From Methanocaldococcus sp. 16A (GTDB lineage Archaea > AGJL01 > Methanococci > Methanococcales > Methanocaldococcaceae), in the NCBI GenBank assembly GCA_049860595.1, contig CP187551.1: 64,000 bases of DNA; one strand, given 5' to 3'. The position numbers and the translations under genes were made by a program. Every line of letters begins with the position of its first letter. Positions within the stretch are counted from its first letter, which is position 1. Below, one piece after another: positions 55,282 through 64,000 of the stretch. The notes beneath the pieces are model-generated. The model ran no database searches and was not told where the DNA came from. It was given only the letters and a program-made list of their open reading frames with translations.

Positions 55282-55422
55282 TTACCTCGCCTTTACATGT
55301 TTAACTACTTTTGGTCTAAGTTTAACCAATATTTTATAACTGCAGTGAGGACATCTTGCTCTATTTCCTAATTCTTCAAATTTTATAATTTTTTTACAGT
55401 TTAAACACTTGTATTCAACCAT
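55282..55422 (-). CDS. rpoP: RNA polymerase subunit P (Rpo12; 46 aa; not in ORF track)
   Basis: Hand translation [11 protein letters not shown]...[24 protein letters not shown]. Confidence 0.95.
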   Translation of the reverse strand: MVEYKCLNCKKIIKFEELGNRARCPHCSYKILVKLRPKVVKHVKAR

Positions 55423-55486
55423 AATTTATCCCCAAATAATTTTGGTCTCTTAAAAGAAAAAAATTAGATATATATGGTTTGATAAA

Positions 55487-55765
55487 TTATTCTTCTTTTC
55501 TCTCAACAATTCTTCTAATTGCTTTCATAACTGCTTTGCCAGCCCCAGTCTCTGGTGTGTAAGCCCCTCCAGCTATCTTAGCTCCACACTTTCCACAAAC
55601 CCATATTGATGTTGAAGCTCTCTTTAATTTTGGAAATCCACAAACAGGACATTTGTATTTTTTCTTTGCTTTAATTTCAACATCTCTAACTCTAACTCTT
55701 ATTTTTAAACCATATCTTGGACCAAATCTTCCTGTAGGTCCTACTTTCTTTGTGTGGCTGAACAT
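55487..55765 (-). CDS. rpl37ae: 50S ribosomal protein eL43 (L37Ae)
   Basis: [20 protein letters not shown]. Confidence 0.97.
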   Translation of the reverse strand: MFSHTKKVGPTGRFGPRYGLKIRVRVRDVEIKAKKKYKCPVCGFPKLKRASTSIWVCGKCGAKIAGGAYTPETGAGKAVMKAIRRIVERKEE

Positions 55766-55795
55766 ACACTCTCACCTCATCTTTAATTTCTATAA

Positions 55796-56503
55796 CTATT
55801 CACTATATTTCTTAACAACTTTTGTTTGGACATTTCCTTTGGTTATTTTGTTTAGATGAGCATAGAACTCTGCTTCAATACCACTTGGTATTTCAATTAA
55901 TACAATTAAAGAACCATCTGGTTGCCATTCTTCCTGTTTAACAGCTCCAAATTGATATAAAGCATTATATGCCTTAGAAGCAAATTCTGCAGGAATTTTA
56001 ACAGCAATATCTCTCTTTTCAAATCTAATGGGTAGAACCTTTTTAAGCTTTTTAACAATTTCAGGAACTTGTTCTTCAGCACTTTTGTAAATGTCAATAT
56101 TAATTCTTAACTCTTCAATTGCCTTTTCAATTCTATGTGGTGGATGTGGTGTATCTGTTTGTGGGTTTATGGTGTTTCTACTAATTATGGTTATAATTTG
56201 TCTTTTCTTTTGTTCTCTAATTTCTTCTCTCTGCTTAGCAGTTAATTGAACTTGACCTTTTAATATAATTTTTTTAGCAATTTCTTTAACATCAGTAGTT
56301 CCAAAAACCTTTGATAAAAGCTCTTCAGGGGCTTTTTCCCCTTTATTTGCGTCTCTAAACACTACCTCAACAGCTAAAAGCTCATCCATATCTACATTTT
56401 GACCTTCTTTAAGTTTAGCTGCTAAATATGGGTCAACTAAAATTTCAAATTTTTCGCCATGTGAATTATATCTTGCAATTACTGCCTCTTCTAAGGACAC
56501 CAT
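55796..56503 (-). CDS. Ribosome maturation factor SBDS/Sdo1
   Basis: [29 protein letters not shown]. Confidence 0.95.
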   Translation of the reverse strand: MVSLEEAVIARYNSHGEKFEILVDPYLAAKLKEGQNVDMDELLAVEVVFRDANKGEKAPEELLSKVFGTTDVKEIAKKIILKGQVQLTAKQREEIREQKKRQIITIISRNTINPQTDTPHPPHRIEKAIEELRINIDIYKSAEEQVPEIVKKLKKVLPIRFEKRDIAVKIPAEFASKAYNALYQFGAVKQEEWQPDGSLIVLIEIPSGIEAEFYAHLNKITKGNVQTKVVKKYSE

Positions 56504-56565
56504 AATATCACTCCCCACATTATATAAATGTTTCGGATAAGATTTTTAGATACCATAGAAAAATA

Positions 56566-56661
56566 TATAGGACTTTCGCAGGAATGAATTTTTTATTGAA
56601 ATATAGACACTTAAAGGTGTCAAAGTTCCAATTTTAATATATAAACTGCAAAAGTCCTATA
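56566..56661 (-). repeat. Family A repeat
   Basis: TATAGGACTTTCGCAG...CTGCAAAAGTCCTATA; GACACTTAAAGGTGTC hairpin. Confidence 0.9.
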
Positions 56662-56773
56662 TAAACTATTTAATAAAACTAAAATATATTTCTCATTATG
56701 ATTCAAAAATAAAGTAAGGTTTTATATTAATAATTTAAAATAGCAGGATTTAAAAATTTTACTATGTTTTATT

Positions 56774-57541
56774 TTATTGATTCTCCTTGTTTTCTTCTTC
56801 TTTCTTATTTTCTTCATTTAATTTCTTTTTAACTTTTTCTATGAGTTTTTTTATTTCTTCTACAGAAATTTTCTTAAATTGTGAATCTTTAACTGTTATT
56901 ACACAAACATCAACATTTTCTGCTTTTATATCTTCATTTGCTTTTGCTAATGCAGTTATGGCTAACTCTAAACCTTCGTCTAATGTTATATCATCTTTAT
57001 ACTCTTTTTCTAACAGCTCCATAACTACAGGTCTTCCACTACCAATTGCAGTCGCTTTATATTCAATTAAAGCCCCACTTGGGTCTGTTTCAAATAATCT
57101 TGCTTCATTTTTATCAATTCCAGCAATTAATAATGAAACTCCAAATGGTCTAACTCCTCCATGTTGTGTATATGCTTGTTTAATATCGCAAATTTTTTTT
57201 GCTAACATTTCAATTGATATCTCTTCCCCATAAGTTAATCTGTAAATCTGAGCTTCCAATCTCGCCCTATCAATTAAGACTCTTGCATCAGCGACTAATC
57301 CAGAGGTAGCAGCAGCGACGTGGTCGTCAATTTGGAATATCTTCTCTATTGACCTAATTTTTACGAGTTTGCTTGTTATTCTTCTATCAACCGCTAATAC
57401 AACACCATCTTTACAGGCAATACCTATCGCTGTAGTTCCTCTCCTTACAGCCTCTCTTGCATATTCTACTTGATATAATCTACCCTCTGGGCTAAATACT
57501 GTAATTGCTCTATCATAAGCACTTGGTGGCACCATTTGCAT
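56774..57541 (-). CDS. psmA: Proteasome alpha subunit
   Basis: [30 protein letters not shown]. Confidence 0.97.
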   Translation of the reverse strand: MQMVPPSAYDRAITVFSPEGRLYQVEYAREAVRRGTTAIGIACKDGVVLAVDRRITSKLVKIRSIEKIFQIDDHVAAATSGLVADARVLIDRARLEAQIYRLTYGEEISIEMLAKKICDIKQAYTQHGGVRPFGVSLLIAGIDKNEARLFETDPSGALIEYKATAIGSGRPVVMELLEKEYKDDITLDEGLELAITALAKANEDIKAENVDVCVITVKDSQFKKISVEEIKKLIEKVKKKLNEENKKEEENKENQ

Positions 57542-57779
57542 GCTTTCCCTCCTAGTATAATATTAATTAAGTAATCTAAAATAAACATCAACTTTGGATG
57601 TTTTTTAGTTATTCATCTCATTATAATAAATTATTATTTTTATTCTTTTTTATTTTTATGTGTAATCTCATTTTGTTATTGGTTGTGTTAAGTATTGACA
57701 TAACCATAAATTATATATATGATGAGGTATATATGAGATTACGTTATAAAATAAATTAGAGAGTGTGTGGTGATACAGA

Positions 57780-58067
57780 ATGAAGAAGGTAGTTATATCA
57801 GATGAAGCTAAAGAGTTCATCTTAGATAAGTTAAAGAAAGCTAACCAAGATACAGTAGTTATACACTTTGAAGGGTTTGGGTGAGCTGGACCTAAATTTG
57901 GAATTTCAATAGCTCAACCAAACGAAAATGATAAACTAATCTATGACAACGAATTTAAAATCTACATCGACCCTATTGCCGACCAATGGCTTGATGAAGT
58001 TAATATCTCATTAAGAAGGTCAATATTTGGAAAGTCTCTTAAGATAAAAGGTAGTAGTGAGTGCTAA
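57780..58067 (+). CDS. HesB/IscA-like selenoprotein (95 aa, Sec35; not in ORF track)
   Basis: GGTGA RBS; MKKVVISDEAKEFI...FEGFG-TGA(57882)-AGPKFGI...SSEC; frame stays open for 60 codons after TGA; SECIS at 3' end. Confidence 0.9.
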
Positions 58068-58096
58068 CCGGGAACCCAATTTTGGGACCGGTTAGC
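58063..58096 (+). promoter_or_regulatory. Archaeal SECIS element
   Basis: GCTAACCGG-GAA-CCCA-ATTT-TGGG-A-CCGGTTAGC: GAA/A internal loop on a C-G rich stem, followed by a T-run. Confidence 0.9.
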
Positions 58097-58533
58097 TTTT
58101 ATTATTGGATGAATTTATAATTTATACTATTTTTTTAGAGTTGATTAAATTTATAATTTTACAGTATCTACGAATATGTATTAGATATGCATTATACATA
58201 ACTACATTTAAATAATCAAATTTATCTAATAACTTACTCACTTCGACGATGAAGAATTTTAGAGACATACTTTCTTTTTTATTTCGTATTTTAATCCATA
58301 AGTTATGAATAACTCATCTAAGCATAAAAAGGAACAACCTAACTTTTGGAGAGGTTAATTTTGTTTTTATTAATGCATCTTGAAAATATTGCTAATAATC
58401 TATTTACATAGTAGTAGGCGATTTCAAAACTCCCTATGATGCGTATTTTGAAAATATTTAGTTATAATAATGGAATACTATTATGAGTAAGAATGGAGAA
58501 ATAATACAACATAATTACTAATTAGGTGGTAAA

Positions 58534-59541
58534 ATGGAGGTTTTATGCATAGATATTGGAAAAGGGACACAAGATATCCTATATATAGACACCAATAAGA
58601 ATATTGAGAACTCCATAAAGTTAATTCTTCCATCTCCAACAGTAATTTTGGCAGAAAAAATAAAGAAAATGACTGAGGACTTAAGGATAGATGGAGTTGT
58701 AATGGGGGGAGGTCCAGTAAATAAAGCAATATATGAACACATAAAAAAAGGGTTTAAGGTTGAGATATCAGAAAGTGCAGCAAGAACAATAAGGGATGAT
58801 TTAGAGGAGGTAAAAAAGAGGGGAATAATAGTTAAAGAAAGTATAGAGAACCCAAACATCATTTTTAGAGATTTAGATTTTGACATGCTAAAAAATATAT
58901 TTGCATCAATAGGAAAGGAGTTTAATCCTGACTTTGTATGTGTGGCATGCCAAGATCACGGTTTTGTTAAGGGGCAGAGTGATAGAATCACAAGGTTCAA
59001 ATACTTTGAAAATAAGTTAAAAGAGACAAACGACCCATATAAATTTTACTTTGAAGAAAAGACAAATTATTTTTCAAGGTTTGATGCAATCTTAGAAACA
59101 TTAAAAGAAAACAAATACAAAGGATTTGTAATGGATAGTAAGATCGCCTCTATATGCGGAATTTTAAACTATGCAAAGGAAAATGGCATTAATGAGTTTA
59201 TTGGTTTGGACATAGGTAATGGTCATACCTTAGGAGTTTCTATAAAAGATGGGGAAATTGTTGGATTATTTGAGCATCATACGAGACTTCTAACTCCTAA
59301 AAAATTAAAAAACATTGTCGATAAATTGGCAGATGGGTCATTAACAAACGAAGAAATATTTAATGATAATGGTCATGGAGCTGTGGTTTTAGACAGTGTA
59401 AATCCAGAAGAAATTTTAATTGCTGGACCAAATAGAGAAATGTTTAAGGATTATGGAAAATACGCATATCCTGGTGGAGATGTGATGATTACTGGGTGTG
59501 TTGGGTTATATGACGTGTTAAAATCTATAAAGGGATGCTGA
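58534..59541 (+). CDS. DUF1786 family protein (actin/ASKHA-like ATPase motifs)
   Basis: IDIGKGTQD, MGGGP, QDHG, DIGNGHT, FEHHT, GHGA. Confidence 0.85.
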   Translation: MEVLCIDIGKGTQDILYIDTNKNIENSIKLILPSPTVILAEKIKKMTEDLRIDGVVMGGGPVNKAIYEHIKKGFKVEISESAARTIRDDLEEVKKRGIIVKESIENPNIIFRDLDFDMLKNIFASIGKEFNPDFVCVACQDHGFVKGQSDRITRFKYFENKLKETNDPYKFYFEEKTNYFSRFDAILETLKENKYKGFVMDSKIASICGILNYAKENGINEFIGLDIGNGHTLGVSIKDGEIVGLFEHHTRLLTPKKLKNIVDKLADGSLTNEEIFNDNGHGAVVLDSVNPEEILIAGPNREMFKDYGKYAYPGGDVMITGCVGLYDVLKSIKGC

Positions 59542-59760
59542 GCTAACCATCTCTTTCCTTTTGATGAAACTATTATAAGGTGGAGTCTTCCCGATGTAGT
59601 CAAATATAGAAGATGAAGATTATAGAAATATAAAATAGCGACCGTTATAGTTGAGTTATAGACTAAGTTTATCTAAATCTTACAAAGATAAAAATGTTTT
59701 ATTGTAATTATTATCTTCCCATTTTCTTTATCGTATTTTATGCATCACATTCAATTATAT

Positions 59761-61860
59761 TTATTTGATTATTCTTGCATCACCAATGCATCCTCCTTCT
59801 TTATCATTAAAGACAAATACTGGATTTAAATCCATTTCTTTAATATTTTTGTGGATATCCATAAATACTCCAATCTTTATTAGAGTATCTACAATAAAAT
59901 TAATATCTTTCTTAGCTCTTCCCCTAACACCCTCTAAAACTTTATATGATTTTAATTCTTTTAACATATTGAGTGCAAAGTCTCTTGTTATTGGAGAAAT
60001 TCCAAAGCTAACATCTTTTAAAACTTCAACGAACACTCCTCCTAATCCAACCATCACAACAGAGCCAAAAATATCATCCTTCTTAGCTCCTATTATAATT
60101 TCCATCTTGTCCTTTTCAATAAATTCTTCAACTAAAACTCCTTCTATAATTAAATCATCTATTCCATTTCTTTTTGCATATTCCTTAGCATTTCCAATTA
60201 ATTTTTTAAAAGCATCTTTAGGATTTTTTGGATTTATTATAACTCCTCCTGCCTCTGTCTTATGTATTATTTGTGGAGATACTATTTTCATCACACATTT
60301 ACCTAATTTTTTGCAATATTCTAAAGCTTCATCTTCATTTTTAGCTAAATAGCCTTTAGGAACTGGAAGACCATAGATGCTTAATAATTTTTTTGCTTTA
60401 TACTCGTTTGGATTTTGTAGTAATTCTTTAATAATATCTTTATTTTCTTCAGTAATTTTTAAGAACTCTTCTTTAACATGTTCTAAGTATTCATCATAAT
60501 CTTCTTTAACTTTCATCAAACTGTATTTGTATAAATGGGAGAGAGCTTTAATACCATTTTCTGGAGTTATATAGGCAGGAATTCCGTTCTTTCTTAAATA
60601 ACTCTTAGCCCCTTTAACTGAAACTCCTCCAATAAATGAAGCAATTAACGGTTTATTTTTAAATTCTTTATGGGAATTTTTAACATCTACAATAGATTTT
60701 GCTACTTCCAAAGGTTTTGTCATCTCTTGTGGAGTTAATATTACCAAAAGCCCTCTAACATTGCTATCTTCAGCTAAAACTTCTATAGCCTTTTTATATC
60801 TTTCAGGAGTTGCATCTCCTATAATATCCAATGGATTTGAGATGTTGGCAGTTGGTGGTAGAATATTTTTAAGTTTTTCTATTGTTGATTCATTAAAGTT
60901 AGCCAACTTCATGTTATAATCAACACAGCTATCAGCTGCTAAAACACCAAATCCTCCAGCGTTTGTTATAATTCCAATTTCATTTGAGCTTATGGTTGGC
61001 TGAGTTGAAAAGAGATGAATTAAATCAACTAACTCTTCAAATGTATAAGCTCTAATAATTCCAGCTTCTTTAAATGCAGCCTCATAAATAACATCTTCTC
61101 CAGCTAAAGAGCCAGTGTGGGATTTGGCAGCCTTTTTCCCAACTTCAGTTCTTCCAGATTTTAAAGCAATTATTGGCTTCTTTTTAGATAGCTTTTTAGC
61201 AACTTTTAAGAATCTCTTATCCTTTAATCCTTCTATGTATAAAACAACTATATTTGTGTCTTTATCATCTAAAAAATATTCTAATAAATCACTTTCTTGA
61301 ATATCAGCTTTATTTCCAATGCTAATAACCTTAGAAAAGCCAATATTTAAAAGAGGAGCTATATCTAATATGGCGTTTAAAACAGCCCCACTTTGTGAGA
61401 TTATTGAGACTTTTCCTTTTGGTGGGAATATCTTTGCAAATGTAGCGTTTAGGTTTATGTGAGTGTTCATAATCCCAAGACAATTAGGCCCTATAATTCT
61501 TATGCCATATCTTTTTGCTATTTCTTTAACTTTCCTCTCTAATTCATAATTTCCTACTTCTGAAAAGCCAGCTGTAATAATTACAGCCCCTTTAACTCCT
61601 TTTTTTCCACACTCCTCCAACACCTTAGGGACAACAACATTTGGAACTACTATAATTGCTAAATCTACATCATCTTTAATATCTAAAACTGATTTATAGC
61701 ATTTTATGCCAAATATCTCATCATATTTTGGATTTACAGGATAAATTTTTCCATTAAAGTCTTTTAAATTTTTTAAAATTGCATATCCAACTTTTCCTTC
61801 AGTTTTTGAAGCTCCTATAACAGCTATTGATTTTGGATAGAAAATATATTTTAAGCTCAT
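59761..61860 (-). CDS. acd: Acetate--CoA ligase (ADP-forming), fused alpha-beta
   Basis: AVIGAS, GPNCLG, SQSG, SHTGSLAG, HKTEAGGV, DLNP. Confidence 0.92.
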   Translation of the reverse strand: MSLKYIFYPKSIAVIGASKTEGKVGYAILKNLKDFNGKIYPVNPKYDEIFGIKCYKSVLDIKDDVDLAIIVVPNVVVPKVLEECGKKGVKGAVIITAGFSEVGNYELERKVKEIAKRYGIRIIGPNCLGIMNTHINLNATFAKIFPPKGKVSIISQSGAVLNAILDIAPLLNIGFSKVISIGNKADIQESDLLEYFLDDKDTNIVVLYIEGLKDKRFLKVAKKLSKKKPIIALKSGRTEVGKKAAKSHTGSLAGEDVIYEAAFKEAGIIRAYTFEELVDLIHLFSTQPTISSNEIGIITNAGGFGVLAADSCVDYNMKLANFNESTIEKLKNILPPTANISNPLDIIGDATPERYKKAIEVLAEDSNVRGLLVILTPQEMTKPLEVAKSIVDVKNSHKEFKNKPLIASFIGGVSVKGAKSYLRKNGIPAYITPENGIKALSHLYKYSLMKVKEDYDEYLEHVKEEFLKITEENKDIIKELLQNPNEYKAKKLLSIYGLPVPKGYLAKNEDEALEYCKKLGKCVMKIVSPQIIHKTEAGGVIINPKNPKDAFKKLIGNAKEYAKRNGIDDLIIEGVLVEEFIEKDKMEIIIGAKKDDIFGSVVMVGLGGVFVEVLKDVSFGISPITRDFALNMLKELKSYKVLEGVRGRAKKDINFIVDTLIKIGVFMDIHKNIKEMDLNPVFVFNDKEGGCIGDARIIK

Positions 61861-61981
61861 AATCCCTCCCCCACATATTTTTTAGAGAAAATTTTTTATA
61901 CTGATTTTTAATATCTAATTAGAGAGTATCTCTTTTAACATTTATATACTCACCTCCCATAACGATTATGGAGGTGAGCTT

Positions 61982-62125
61982 ATGAGATTAAAAGCTATAA
62001 AAATAACAAGTAGAGATGGAGAAACATTCTTCAGATGTCCAAGATGTGGAAAAATTTTCAGATACTCAAAAGATTACACAAGACATGTAAATAAAGCTCA
62101 TGGCTATCTCTTTAAAAAAGAATAA
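61982..62125 (+). CDS. Small C2H2 zinc-finger protein (47 aa; not in ORF track)
   Basis: [47 protein letters not shown]; GGAGGTGA RBS. Confidence 0.88.
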   Translation: MRLKAIKITSRDGETFFRCPRCGKIFRYSKDYTRHVNKAHGYLFKKE

Positions 62126-62134
62126 AGAATAAAG

Positions 62135-62443
62135 TTATTCTTTATAAATAAGATTTCCTTCTTCAGTTTCCACTATTTTTGGATGTAACTTTAAAAAAGA
62201 TTTTATTGCTGGTGGGATGTTCCATTCAACACCATGAACAAGCTTATCCCAATTTTCAACAAACCTCTTTTTCCCTAAAACTTCATCCAATTTTCCTCTA
62301 AGTTTTTCAATAACAATTTTGTCCTTGGTAAAGCTTTTTATTCTATAAGCCCCTCTTTTAGTTTTTGAATAAAAAATTTTGTCTTCATCATAGTAATTTT
62401 TTGCTATTTCCAACAACTCTCTCCAGACCTCTTTAGGTCTCAT
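62135..62443 (-). CDS. Hypothetical protein
   Basis: AGGTGA RBS and TATA upstream; host-like codon use. Confidence 0.75.
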   Translation of the reverse strand: MRPKEVWRELLEIAKNYYDEDKIFYSKTKRGAYRIKSFTKDKIVIEKLRGKLDEVLGKKRFVENWDKLVHGVEWNIPPAIKSFLKLHPKIVETEEGNLIYKE

Positions 62444-62488
62444 ATTATCACCTTATATATAAATAAATTTTTAATTTAAGGTGGTTAT

Positions 62489-63793
62489 ATGAATTTTTTG
62501 ATTCAGCAAAGAAAGAAAGATAGTGAAAAAAATTTGAAAGAAAAATTAAAAAGATATAGAAAAAAATTGAGAGACAGTAGAATTAAAGAAAAGTTAAAAG
62601 AAATGCCATTAAACATGAATAAATACTTAACTGACATTTATACTGGAGGAATTATTAAAAAATATCCAGAGGATTTTGTTGTTGAGGAAATTACACCAGA
62701 AGGTATTATTTTAGAAGTTGGAAAAAGTATAGAGTTTAAAGATGTTGAAAATTGGAAAGGAAATTATATTCATTTCACTTTAGAGAAGAGAAATTGGACG
62801 ACCTTAGATGCTATTAGAGAAATAGCTAATAGAGTAGGAAAGCAAAGAAAACATTTTGGATTTGCTGGAAATAAAGATAAATATGCAATAACTACTCAAA
62901 GAGTAGGATGTTTCAATGTAAAATTAGAAGATTTAATGAATGTTAAGATTAAGGGCATTATATTGAGAGACTTCCAAAAAACAAATAGAAAAATAAGGTT
63001 AGGGGATTTGTGGGGGAATAGATTCACTATAAGAGTTAGAAATCCAAAACTTAAAGGAAAAGAGTTAGAGGAGATTTTAAATAAGTTATGTAAGTTGAAA
63101 TATTTCCTAAATTACTATGGTGTTCAAAGATTTGGGACTACAAGACCAATAACTCATATTGTAGGTAGGTTTATTATAGAGAGGGATTGGGAAGCTGCCT
63201 TTCATGCATATTGTGGAACTCCTCTCCCTTATGATGATGAAAAATCAAAATTAGCAAGAGAGTTGGTTGATGAAGAAAACTTTAAAGAAGCATATAAAAA
63301 ATTTCCAAAGGCATTCTTTTATGAAAGAAGGATGATTAAAGCTTATATAGAAACTGGGAGCTATCAGAAGGCGTTTATGATTCTTCCACCATATTTAAGA
63401 TGTATGTTTATAAATGCCTATCAATCATATTTATTCAATGAGATAATTAATAGAAGGTTTGAGTATGGTTTTGAACCAATGGAAGGGGATATTTTGATTG
63501 ATAATATTCCAACTGGGGCATTATTTGGTTATAAAACAAAATTTGCTTCTGGGATACAGGGAGAGATTGAGAGAGAAATTTATGAAAGAGAGGGATTAAA
63601 ACCAGAAGATTTTAAGATTGGTAAGTTTGGTTCATTTATTGGAGATAGAAGAAAACTTATTGAAAAAATATACAATATGAAATATTGGATTGAGACAGAT
63701 AGTTATGTTTTACAGTTCTGTTTAAAAAAAGGAAATTATGCAACTTCAGTTTTAAGAGAGTTTATAGAAGATAAAAATAAAAAAGATGAATAA
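62489..63793 (+). CDS. truD: tRNA pseudouridine(13) synthase
   Basis: PEDFVVEE, FAGNKDK.A.T.Q, GNRF, NYYGVQRFG, GNYAT. Confidence 0.95.
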   Translation: MNFLIQQRKKDSEKNLKEKLKRYRKKLRDSRIKEKLKEMPLNMNKYLTDIYTGGIIKKYPEDFVVEEITPEGIILEVGKSIEFKDVENWKGNYIHFTLEKRNWTTLDAIREIANRVGKQRKHFGFAGNKDKYAITTQRVGCFNVKLEDLMNVKIKGIILRDFQKTNRKIRLGDLWGNRFTIRVRNPKLKGKELEEILNKLCKLKYFLNYYGVQRFGTTRPITHIVGRFIIERDWEAAFHAYCGTPLPYDDEKSKLARELVDEENFKEAYKKFPKAFFYERRMIKAYIETGSYQKAFMILPPYLRCMFINAYQSYLFNEIINRRFEYGFEPMEGDILIDNIPTGALFGYKTKFASGIQGEIEREIYEREGLKPEDFKIGKFGSFIGDRRKLIEKIYNMKYWIETDSYVLQFCLKKGNYATSVLREFIEDKNKKDE

Positions 63794-63796
63794 CTT

Positions 63797-64000
63797 TTAT
63801 TTTTTAATTTTAATGAAATCACCTAAGGTAAAGCCATTGTCATCTCCACTACCATAATATGTACTCTCTTCCCCAACATTCTCAGTTAAAGTAATTTTTA
63901 ACTCTTTCTCTAATAATTTAATTTCTTTTTCATTTGGCTCTAATTCATACCTTTCAAATTTTTGTAATGTAGAGGCTTTCATCTTAAGTTTTTTTGCAAG
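63797..64000 (-). CDS. aMBF1 multiprotein bridging factor, 3' part (runs off the window)
   Basis: HTH ..[18 protein letters not shown] and C-terminal [10 protein letters not shown]. Confidence 0.85.
   Translation of the reverse strand, partial: LAKKLKMKASTLQKFERYELEPNEKEIKLLEKELKITLTENVGEESTYYGSGDDNGFTLGDFIKIKK

Noticed and set aside
57583-57603. AAACATC-N7-GATGTTT inverted repeat upstream of psmA
   Set aside because: Only 7 bp, AT-rich and single-copy, so it cannot be told from chance
58100-58520. Possible C/D box sRNA or pseudogene in the long spacer (also 59545-59755)
   Set aside because: No paired RUGAUGA/CUGA boxes, no GC-rich stem and no recognisable protein fragment by eye

Overview
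AT-rich archaeal chromosome segment from a hyperthermophilic methanogen, most likely Methanocaldococcus. The proteins and gene order match what I recall of M. jannaschii MJ0306-MJ0294 joined to MJ0652-MJ0586; these locus tags are from memory and unverified. Most of the window is housekeeping genes (ribH, hisE, fbp, lhr, hemB, pgk, pheA, leuS, purO, ftsZ2, tes, purE, atpD, nth, tyrA, spcS, ppaC, hemL, thi4, the psmA/SBDS/rpl37ae/rpoP/Brix/pcc1/LX cluster, acd, truD). Features missing from the ORF track: a HesB-like selenoprotein with an in-frame UGA and a 3' SECIS overlapping its stop (57780-58096), a two-hairpin H/ACA guide RNA with predicted 23S targets (44624-44779, minus), SRP RNA, three small proteins (ferredoxin, RpoP, a C2H2 zinc finger) and an EVE-domain gene remnant beside an OLD-family ATPase-TOPRIM nuclease. 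The window also has about ten copies of a ~95-bp palindromic MITE-like repeat, a second repeat type, an in-frame duplication of the atpD 3' end, and candidate operators. I saw no CRISPR array, tRNA, rRNA or transposase. Some starts were moved from the ORF track to the ATG that best fits an RBS.
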